Source of the DNA: Candidatus Eiseniibacteriota bacterium
GTDB taxonomy: Bacteria > Eisenbacteria > RBG-16-71-46 > CAIMUX01 > VGJL01
DNA: 64,000 nucleotides
Assembly (NCBI GenBank): GCA_041946735.1
Contig: JBHGAY010000007.1
Coordinates: forward strand, 32,001 to 96,000
Direction of reading: 5' to 3'
In this document: positions 32,194-39,743 of the stretch, in pieces
Layout: every line of letters begins with the position of its first letter
Numbering within the stretch: the first letter of the stretch is position 1
Position numbers and translations under genes: made by a program
Notes under the pieces: generated by a model
Databases searched by the model: none
What the model was told of the DNA's origin: nothing
The model's input: the letters and a program-made list of their open reading frames with translations, nothing else

Positions 32194-34134
32194 GTGAGCG
32201 AGGCAGGGGAGACCCGAAGCGAAGGGCCGCCGGACCGCGCGTCGCGCGACGGCGCTGGGACGACGCCCGAGGAGGCTTGCGCGCCGCGCGAGGAGACGCC
32301 GGACGCCCGTCTCGAGCGCAAGCTGCGCCTGCTCCCCGATCGCCCCGGGGTCTACCTGTTCCGCGACGCCCGCGGCCGCGTCCTCTACGTCGGCAAGGCG
32401 AAGCGGCTGACGGCTCGAGTCCGCAGCTACTTCCGCGGCGAGCCCGAACCCGACACGCGCCATGCGCGGATGTTGCCGCGGATCGCGGACATCGACACGA
32501 TCGTGACCGGCAGCGAATCGGAAGCGCTGATCCTCGAAGCGAACCTGATCCGTCGCCACCGTCCCCGCTTCAACGTCGCGCTCAAGGACGACAAGAGCTA
32601 CCCGTTCCTGAAGCTCTCGCTCTACCATCGCTTCCCCGGACTCACTCTCACCCGCCGTGTCGTGCCGGACGGATCCCGCTACTTCGGCCCATACACCCAC
32701 GTGAAGGATCTCCGCCGCACGCTACGCACGCTCCGCAAGGTCTTCCCGCTGCGCAACTGCACCGACCGCCGCCTCGAACGCGACCGGAGACCTTGCCTCG
32801 AGTTCCACATCGGACGCTGCCCCGCCCCCTGCACCGGGACGCTACCGGTCGAGAGCTACGAGCCGATCGTCTCCCGACTGATCCGCTTCCTCGAAGGGAA
32901 CGTGGAGAGTGTGGTCGCCGAGATGCGGTCGCGCATGCTCGAGCACGCCGCAGGACTCGAGTTCGAGGAATCGGCGAGGTTGCGCGATGAGATCGAGACG
33001 CTCGAGCGGATCTCGATCGGCCAGCGAATGACGCCGGCTCTCGCGTCGGACACCGACGTGATCGCTCTCGTCGCTCGCGCGGACCGCGCTTGCGGCGTCG
33101 CCCTGCACGCGCGCGAGGGCCGGGTGCTGGGGAAGGAGTCGAGGATCCTCGTGCGCGCCGAAGGGGCGAGCGTGCCGGAGCTGCTGCGCGTCTTCGTTAC
33201 GAACGTCTATCTCGGCTCGCCCGTCGTGCCCGACACCATCGTGACGGCTTGCCCGGTCCGCGACGCCGGCCTGCTCCAGGACAGTCTCTCCCGGCACGCC
33301 GGGCGGCAGGTGCGCCTGCGCACCGCGCGCTCCGGCCCGCTCGCGCGCCTTCTCGAGGCCGCGCGCGAGAACGCCCATCTCCGCTTGGAAGAGGAGGAGC
33401 TGCGGGATCGCGAGAGGCGAGGCAAGGTCGATCCCGGAGTGTACGACCTTCAGGAGCGTCTCGATCTCGCGCAGACGCCGTATCGGATCGAGGGCTACGA
33501 CATCTCCAATCTCCACGAGACGCATCCCGTGGCGTCGAAGGTCGTCTTCCAGGACGGATTCCCCTTGAAGGGCGGGTATCGCCGATTTAGGATCAAGCAA
33601 GTCCAAGGACCGAATGATGTTGCGATGATCGGCGAGGTGCTTGAACGCCGGTTGCGACGCATTCGCGAGGGGACGGAGGAAGCCCCGGATCTGATCCTGA
33701 TCGACGGAGGTCCGGGGCAGGTAGGCCGGGCGCTCGAGGTCCTCGAAGAAGCCGGCCTGTCCGGGATTCAGATTCTGGGGTTGGCGAAGAGGGAGGAACG
33801 CGTGGTGGTTCCCGGCTCACCGGAGCCGGTCCGCCTTCCCCGGAACGCGGAAGGGCTGCGGCTTCTGCAGCGCGTCAGGGACGAAGCGCACCGGTTCGCC
33901 ATCGGCTACCATCGCAACCTGCGGGGCAAGGCGCAGGTGCGCTCCGCCCTCGACCCGCTGCCCGGAATCGGACCTCGCCGGCGTGCGTTGCTGCTGCGGC
34001 ATTTCGGGAGCGTCGCGGCGATCCAGGCGGCGACGGTCGAGGACCTCGCGAAGGTGCCGGGCATCGGCCCGAAGACCGCGAAGCGGCTGCTCGAGATGCT
34101 GAGGCAGGGCGGAGAGCAGGAGCGGGCCGGATGA
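32194..34134 (+). CDS. uvrC: Excinuclease ABC subunit C
   Basis: GIY-YIG domain (PGVYLF..YVGKA), DDKSYP, Cys cluster, UVR motif, IEGYDISN, DLILIDGG.GQ, RDEAHRFA, HhH; GTG after GAGAGGA. Confidence 0.95.
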   Translation: MSEAGETRSEGPPDRASRDGAGTTPEEACAPREETPDARLERKLRLLPDRPGVYLFRDARGRVLYVGKAKRLTARVRSYFRGEPEPDTRHARMLPRIADIDTIVTGSESEALILEANLIRRHRPRFNVALKDDKSYPFLKLSLYHRFPGLTLTRRVVPDGSRYFGPYTHVKDLRRTLRTLRKVFPLRNCTDRRLERDRRPCLEFHIGRCPAPCTGTLPVESYEPIVSRLIRFLEGNVESVVAEMRSRMLEHAAGLEFEESARLRDEIETLERISIGQRMTPALASDTDVIALVARADRACGVALHAREGRVLGKESRILVRAEGASVPELLRVFVTNVYLGSPVVPDTIVTACPVRDAGLLQDSLSRHAGRQVRLRTARSGPLARLLEAARENAHLRLEEEELRDRERRGKVDPGVYDLQERLDLAQTPYRIEGYDISNLHETHPVASKVVFQDGFPLKGGYRRFRIKQVQGPNDVAMIGEVLERRLRRIREGTEEAPDLILIDGGPGQVGRALEVLEEAGLSGIQILGLAKREERVVVPGSPEPVRLPRNAEGLRLLQRVRDEAHRFAIGYHRNLRGKAQVRSALDPLPGIGPRRRALLLRHFGSVAAIQAATVEDLAKVPGIGPKTAKRLLEMLRQGGEQERAG

Positions 34135-35051
34135 GCGATCCCAACTCGCTCCTCGATGCCTACCTCGACCATCTCCGGATTGAACGCAGGCTCTCTCCGC
34201 GAACCGTGGACTCCTACCGCGCCGATCTTCTCCAGCACCTCGGCTTCGTCGGTCGGCGGACGCCGGCCGGGTTGGGGGATGTCGACGCAGAGACACTTCG
34301 CGAGGACCTCGCCCGGCTGCACCGACTCGGTCGTGCCCGGCGCAGCCTCCAGCGCTACCGCAGCAGCCTTCGAGGCTTCTATCGCTTCCTGCGCGATCAG
34401 GGATGGATCGACGCGGATCCGTCGACCGAGCTGGAAGGCCCGGCCGTCCGGCGGCCGCTGCCGCGAAGCCTCGCGGTCGAGGACGTGCGGCGCCTGCTCG
34501 AGGCATGCGACGGCTCCGGCCCGCTCGACCTCCGGGATCGCGCGATGCTCGAGGTCGCCTATGGAGCCGGTCTCCGCGTCTCCGAGCTGGTCTCGCTGGG
34601 CTCCGAGCAGATCGATCTGGAGAACCGGCTCGTGCGCGTCCGGGGCAAAGGGGAGAAGGAGCGGCTCGTCCCGCTCGGCAAGCCCGCCTGTGAAGCGGTG
34701 CGCTCCTATATCGAGCGAGGCCGCCCGACCCTCGACCGCAGCCGGGCACGCGGCCGACTGTTCCTGAACCGGCGGGGGAGCGGACTCTCGCGAATGGGAT
34801 TCTTCCGTGTCCTGCGAAAGAGGGCCTCCGGCGCCGGATTCGATCCGCGCGATCTCCATCCGCACCTTCTTCGCCACAGTTTCGCCACGCATCTGCTCCA
34901 GCGCGGAGCGTCCCTGCGGATCGTGCAGGAGCTGCTCGGACATCGCTCTCTCACGACCACCGAGATCTACACGGCGGTCGACCGGACCTATCTACAGCAG
35001 ATCCATCGCCGCCATCACCCGCGTGGTGGGGTTCGAGGAGAATCTCGATGA
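34131..35051 (+). CDS. xerD: Site-specific tyrosine recombinase of the XerC/XerD family (more XerD-like)
   Basis: RDRAMLEVAYGAGLRVSEL, GKGEKERLVP, HLLRHSFATHLL, QELLGH, TEIYT; catalytic R-K-H-R-H-Y residues intact. Confidence 0.82.
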   Translation: MSDPNSLLDAYLDHLRIERRLSPRTVDSYRADLLQHLGFVGRRTPAGLGDVDAETLREDLARLHRLGRARRSLQRYRSSLRGFYRFLRDQGWIDADPSTELEGPAVRRPLPRSLAVEDVRRLLEACDGSGPLDLRDRAMLEVAYGAGLRVSELVSLGSEQIDLENRLVRVRGKGEKERLVPLGKPACEAVRSYIERGRPTLDRSRARGRLFLNRRGSGLSRMGFFRVLRKRASGAGFDPRDLHPHLLRHSFATHLLQRGASLRIVQELLGHRSLTTTEIYTAVDRTYLQQIHRRHHPRGGVRGESR

Positions 35052-35764
35052 CGAATCGAAGGATGCCGAATGCCTCGGGGTCGTGCCCGCGCCGCCGTAC
35101 GCGCGTCCTCTCGCCGGTCGTCGCGGCGCTCGCGACGCCGCTGCTCTCCATCGCGCTCCTGCTTGCCGCTTCGCGCCCCGCATCGGCCTACGAGCATCGC
35201 AAGAGCACGCCGAGCTTCGGGGCGCAGTTCGGCTACGGCCGGATCATCGGCGGCGACTCGTTCCACGTCCCCGAATGGCCGAACCCCGACGGCAGCCTCG
35301 GACGAGACTTCGATCTGACGGACGTGTACGACACCTGGGGTCCGTCCTGGCACGTCGGCCTTCGATTCGTGCTCGATCGGAACCATGCGTTCGGGGCCGG
35401 GTTCGACGACTTGAGATACAAGCGGAAGGGCGGTTACAGCGATGAGGAGCGGCTGCTCTTGCCCGGCTGGGTGAAGTTCACAACGTTCCACGCCGATTAT
35501 TTCCTCTATTTCCGCAGGCGTATGAAGATCACTTCCTACGTCCAGCCGTTCGTGGGGCTGCAGCAGCGCGAGCTGCGATACAAGGGAAGCGACGTTTCGA
35601 CGCAGGAATATCGGCTGCTGTACGGTATCGGAGCGGGTGTAGAATACTTCGTCCGCAGGTCGTTCAGCGTGGATCTCGGTGCCAAGCTCTTCCGCTTGCG
35701 TGGCGGGGACGGGACGACGACCGCCGTGCAGCCGGTCATCGGGATCCAGGTCTACGTGATCTAG
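35048..35764 (+). CDS. Small outer-membrane beta-barrel protein
   Basis: Signal peptide (PASA-Y), alternating amphipathic strands, YGIGAGVEYF, terminal IGIQVYVI. Confidence 0.7.
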   Translation: MTNRRMPNASGSCPRRRTRVLSPVVAALATPLLSIALLLAASRPASAYEHRKSTPSFGAQFGYGRIIGGDSFHVPEWPNPDGSLGRDFDLTDVYDTWGPSWHVGLRFVLDRNHAFGAGFDDLRYKRKGGYSDEERLLLPGWVKFTTFHADYFLYFRRRMKITSYVQPFVGLQQRELRYKGSDVSTQEYRLLYGIGAGVEYFVRRSFSVDLGAKLFRLRGGDGTTTAVQPVIGIQVYVI

Positions 35765-35772
35765 GAGGTCGC

Positions 35773-37764
35773 TTGCCTTCGGTAAAGCGCTACGCCGTCG
35801 GAGACACGATCTACCACGCCGATTACGGCGAAGGGATGGTGGTCGGGGTGAAGCCGCGCCCGTTCTTCGACATCCTCGAGGTCGCCTTTCAGGGGGGCGT
35901 GCGGCGTTTGAACTCGAATCATCCCCGCGTGGGCCAAAAGCCGCCGGAGGCGCCGGTGACAACGGCGGTCGCGGAGCCGGTGAACGAGGCGAATCTTCGC
36001 CTCGTCCCCGCCGGGGACGAAGACAGCGTCCTCGTCGTGGATCCCGAATCGATCGAGTACTACATGGCGTTGACGGAACTGCCAAAGGAGGCCTCGCCGG
36101 AGCGGTTCCTCCTCCACCTGAGCGCCGAGAAGCTCGCGATGATCCGCGGCTTCGAGAACCTGCTCAGCCTGCACAGCGTACGCGACCTCGAGCGCTACGA
36201 CTTCCAGATCCGCGCGGTGCTTCGTGTCCTGCGCCAGATGCGCGGGCGGGCGCTTCTCGCCGATGAGGTCGGCCTCGGAAAGACGATCGAGGCCGGGCTG
36301 ATCCTGAAGGAGTACGTGCTGCGAGGGCTCGTACGCCGCGCGCTCGTGCTCGCCCCCGTCTCGCTCCTCAGCCAATGGCGGGAGGAGCTGACGCACAAGT
36401 TCGACCTGCCGTTCGTCATCCGCGCGCGCGGAGAGGACTGGGGGACGCATCCGTTCCTGATCGCCTCGCTCGACACCGCGAAGACGGAGCGTAACCGCGA
36501 GGAGATCGGCAAGCAGCAGTTCGACATTCTCGTCGTCGACGAGGCGCACCGGCTGCGCAACCACCTGACGCAAGGATGGAAGTTCGTCGATGCGCTGTCG
36601 TTGAAGTATCTCCTGCTGTTGACCGCGACCCCGGTGCAAAACGACATGCGGGAGCTCTACAACCTCGTGACGCTGCTGAAGCCCGGCGCCCTCGGCACCT
36701 ACCGGGCCTTCCGCAAGGAGTTCATGGTCCGCGGAGACAAGCGGCTGCCGAAGAACACGCGCCGCCTCGCGAAGCTGCTCTCGGACATCATGATCCGGAC
36801 GACGCGCAGCTCGACGGCCTTGAAGTTCCCGCGGCGCGACGTGATGATCGAGACCTTCGAGCTGAACGCCGAAGAGCGCAAGCTCTACGACGGCGTCTCC
36901 GCCTTCGTGCACGACATCGTCTCCGAGAGCGAGCCGGAGGAATACGCCCGCTGGCACTTCCTCCTGCTCGTCCTGCAAAAGGAGATGGGGTCGAGCCATT
37001 ACGCCGCCCAGAAGACGCTCGAGCGGTCGTTGCGCGTGTTCCGTCGCGGCACACAGGCGAAGCGCCTCACCCGTCTCGTCGACATGGCCCGCTCCGTGAA
37101 GAAGAGCCAGAAGCTCGAGGGGCTGAAGAAGCTGGTCCTCGACGATCCGGAGGAGAAGATTCTCATCTTCACGCAGTTCCGGCGGACCCTCGAGTTCCTC
37201 GAGGCCGGAATGCGGGAGATCGGAGAGGAGCCGGCCATCTTCCACGGGAGCCTGCCGACCCGGGAGAAGGACGCCGCCGTTGAGGCGTTCCGGAGGGATC
37301 GGCGGATCCTGATCAGCACCGAGGCGGGAGGCGAAGGCCGGAATCTGCAGTTCTGCCGGACGGTGGTGAACTACGACCTTCCCTGGAACCCGATGCGGAT
37401 CGAGCAGCGCATCGGGCGGGTGCACCGTCTCGGCCAGACACGCGACATCCGGATCTACAACTTCACCGCGCGTGACACGGTCGAAGACTACGTGCTCGCG
37501 ATCCTGCACCGGAAGATCAACATGTTCGAACTCGTGATCGGCGAGATGGACATGGTGCTCGGGCAATGGAGCGAGCGGGAGAGTTTCGAGCAGCGGATCT
37601 TCCAGATCTGGGCGAGCCACCGCAACCGCCGGGATCTCGAGGAGGCGTTCGGGAAGTTCGGCGAGGACCTCCTCCTCGCGCGCAAGCGCTACGAGAAGAT
37701 CAAGGACTACGAGGAGGTGCTGTTCGAGGCGGTGGTCCCGCGCAGGGGAGGGGAGGAGGAGTGA
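35773..37764 (+). CDS. SNF2-family (RapA/YqhH-like) ATPase with N-terminal Tudor-like domain
   Basis: LADEVGLGKT, VVDEAH, LTATP, STEAGGEGRNLQ, YDLPWNPMRIEQRIGRVHRLGQ; TTG start after AGGAGG. Confidence 0.92.
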   Translation: MPSVKRYAVGDTIYHADYGEGMVVGVKPRPFFDILEVAFQGGVRRLNSNHPRVGQKPPEAPVTTAVAEPVNEANLRLVPAGDEDSVLVVDPESIEYYMALTELPKEASPERFLLHLSAEKLAMIRGFENLLSLHSVRDLERYDFQIRAVLRVLRQMRGRALLADEVGLGKTIEAGLILKEYVLRGLVRRALVLAPVSLLSQWREELTHKFDLPFVIRARGEDWGTHPFLIASLDTAKTERNREEIGKQQFDILVVDEAHRLRNHLTQGWKFVDALSLKYLLLLTATPVQNDMRELYNLVTLLKPGALGTYRAFRKEFMVRGDKRLPKNTRRLAKLLSDIMIRTTRSSTALKFPRRDVMIETFELNAEERKLYDGVSAFVHDIVSESEPEEYARWHFLLLVLQKEMGSSHYAAQKTLERSLRVFRRGTQAKRLTRLVDMARSVKKSQKLEGLKKLVLDDPEEKILIFTQFRRTLEFLEAGMREIGEEPAIFHGSLPTREKDAAVEAFRRDRRILISTEAGGEGRNLQFCRTVVNYDLPWNPMRIEQRIGRVHRLGQTRDIRIYNFTARDTVEDYVLAILHRKINMFELVIGEMDMVLGQWSERESFEQRIFQIWASHRNRRDLEEAFGKFGEDLLLARKRYEKIKDYEEVLFEAVVPRRGGEEE

Positions 37765-38903
37765 AGCCTTCGGTCCTCCAGGCATTCGTCCGCGAATGGC
37801 TCGCGTTGCGCGGGCTGGAACCCGAAGAGCTGGAGCACGACGTCTGGCACTTCCGCTTCCCGAAGGATCTCCACGAACGGCTCGGGGCGAAGGATCTGAC
37901 CCTCAGCTTCAACCAGAGGGCGATGGCGCGCTACCCGCACGGGGAGCTGGCGACCGTCGGCAACCCGGTCTTCGACCGCCTGCTCGGAGTCGCGCGCGAA
38001 GAGGGAAGGATCGGAGTCGCCTATGCGAAGCCCCCGAGTCCGGCGGCGAAGCCTCCCGCTCCAGAAAAGGCCCCGAAGGTCGCCGGTCTGAGTCCCGGGA
38101 AGGCGGATCCGATCTATCAAGGGATCTACCACCTCGTTTTCACGGTGACGTACCCGACGATCGAGGCCTCGGACGAGATGGAAGTCGTTTCGGTCGATGG
38201 AGGGAGCCTCGAGGTCGCGGCGCAGACTCCCGACTTGATCGAGCTTTGGGGGACTCTGGAGAGCGTTCCGCGCAAGGGGCGCGTGCCGCTGCCTCCGGTC
38301 CCGCTGTCCCAACGGGTGCTCGACGCCGCCCTTCGCTCCCTCGAGAAGCGCCTTCGCCGCCGGATCAAGAAGGTGAAGGACAGCTGCGAGGAGCGGCTCG
38401 CGGAGGAGACGAATTCGATCCAGGAATACTACGAGCAGCTGATCGACGAGGCGCGGAACCAGAGCCGGCGGTGGGCGACGCGCGCCGAGGACCGGGAGGA
38501 CCGCATCCGCTTCCTCCAGCTCGAGTGGAAGCGGCGGACGGAGGAGGCAATCGAGTTCTGGTCTCCTCGCGTGCATGCCCGCCTCGTCGCTCTCGGCGTC
38601 CAGATGGTGCCCCGAACCGCGTACCGCTTCGCGCGGCCGGGAGCCAAGTCCGCGACGCGGAGCAAGCGTTCCGCTCCTGCGCCCGAAGCGATGATCGTTT
38701 GGGACGACGCGACGAAGAGCTTCCTCAGGCCCTACTGCGCCGCTTGCGGGCGCCCGGGGCTCGACGATCCCGTCTTCGGACAGGCGGGGGGACTGGTATG
38801 CCCGGATTGCGCGAACGCGCAACGAGGCAACGGAGAGGGAACGAAGGCGGCGGCCAGGCCGGCCCTGCGCGTGGTCGCCACCAAGGCCGGGGAGCCGTCT
38901 TGA
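37761..38903 (+). CDS. Uncharacterised SNF2 partner (possibly YqhG-like) with coiled coil and C-terminal Zn finger
   Basis: GTGA overlap with SNF2 stop after GGAGGAG; ERLAEETNSIQEYYE coiled coil; CAACG...VCPDC. Confidence 0.8.
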   Translation: MKPSVLQAFVREWLALRGLEPEELEHDVWHFRFPKDLHERLGAKDLTLSFNQRAMARYPHGELATVGNPVFDRLLGVAREEGRIGVAYAKPPSPAAKPPAPEKAPKVAGLSPGKADPIYQGIYHLVFTVTYPTIEASDEMEVVSVDGGSLEVAAQTPDLIELWGTLESVPRKGRVPLPPVPLSQRVLDAALRSLEKRLRRRIKKVKDSCEERLAEETNSIQEYYEQLIDEARNQSRRWATRAEDREDRIRFLQLEWKRRTEEAIEFWSPRVHARLVALGVQMVPRTAYRFARPGAKSATRSKRSAPAPEAMIVWDDATKSFLRPYCAACGRPGLDDPVFGQAGGLVCPDCANAQRGNGEGTKAAARPALRVVATKAGEPS

Positions 38904-38929
38904 CCTGCTTGCGCGCGGGAAGTTACCCT
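38900..38929 (+). promoter_or_regulatory. Possible sigma70 promoter for the TPR protein gene
   Basis: TTGACC-18 bp-TACCCT. Confidence 0.4.
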
Positions 38930-38976
38930 CTTCCAATGTTGTCGATCGGGGTCGCGGGGGGGACGAAAAGGGAGGC

Positions 38977-39669
38977 GTGCGCTTGAGCGAAGGGAAACTC
39001 ACGAAACAGGAACTCCGGGAAGATCCGGTCGTGACGGCGATGATGCAGATCGGGACGTCGGCGAAGAAGCGTCTGCCGTATCTGTTGGCCGCGGTCGCGC
39101 TCGTTGTCGCCGTTTTCGTCGTGTTGCAGGTGATGCAGCGGTCGAAGGCCTCCGGAGAGCGCGCGGCGGCGGTCCTGGTCCTCGAGGGCGAGAACCAGTA
39201 CCAGAACGGCAACCTGAGCGAAGCCCTCTCGAAGTTCCAGCAAGCGGCCGACCGGTACGGCGGCTCTCGCAGCGGCAAGCTCGCGACGATGAGGACCGGC
39301 GACATCCAGATGGAGCTGGGCAACGTGGCCGAGGCGAAGGCGAGGTATGAGAAGTTCCTTCGAGCGAGCCCCGAAGGCGGCCTGCTCCGCTCCTCCGCCC
39401 TGCGCGGGCTGGCCGGCGCTCTCGAGTCTTCAGGACAGAAGGAAGAAGCGGCGAAGCGCTTCCTCGAAGCGGCGGACGTCCCCGATTCCCCCTTGCAGTT
39501 CGACGACCTCCTCAGCGCGGGCAACGCCTACCTCGACGCCGGCAAGCTCGACGACGCGGAGAAGGCGTTTCAGCGGGCGATCGCCGAGCATCCTTCCCAT
39601 CCGCGCGCGCGCGACGCGCGCGAAGGGCTGGAGACGGTGCGGGCGATGCGCGGCGGCGGAGGCCGTTAG
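38977..39669 (+). CDS. Membrane-anchored TPR protein (YfgM-like)
   Basis: KLTKQELRED N-terminus, one TM helix, several TPR-like helix pairs; GGAGG upstream. Confidence 0.8.
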   Translation: MRLSEGKLTKQELREDPVVTAMMQIGTSAKKRLPYLLAAVALVVAVFVVLQVMQRSKASGERAAAVLVLEGENQYQNGNLSEALSKFQQAADRYGGSRSGKLATMRTGDIQMELGNVAEAKARYEKFLRASPEGGLLRSSALRGLAGALESSGQKEEAAKRFLEAADVPDSPLQFDDLLSAGNAYLDAGKLDDAEKAFQRAIAEHPSHPRARDAREGLETVRAMRGGGGR

Positions 39670-39695
39670 CCTTTTCGCATTGGCGCGGTGATGAC

Positions 39696-39743
39696 GCAGG
39701 GCCTCCGGAGCGTGGCGCTTCGGAGGCCCTGCCGTTTTCGTTT
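39696..39743. terminator. Intrinsic terminator between convergent genes
   Basis: GCAGGGCCTCCGGAGCG / CGCTTCGGAGGCCCTGC stem followed by CGTTTTCGTTT. Confidence 0.8.

Noticed and set aside
34131..35051. Tyrosine recombinase as a prophage or island integrase near tRNA-Arg
   Set aside because: About 300 aa XerC/D-type without an arm-binding domain, coupled to uvrC, with no att duplication or phage/mobile genes seen.
35773..38903. SNF2 pair as an anti-phage system (DISARM, Zorya or BREX-like)
   Set aside because: No methylase, nuclease, PLD or other defence genes adjacent; housekeeping context and host-like composition. Not fully excluded.
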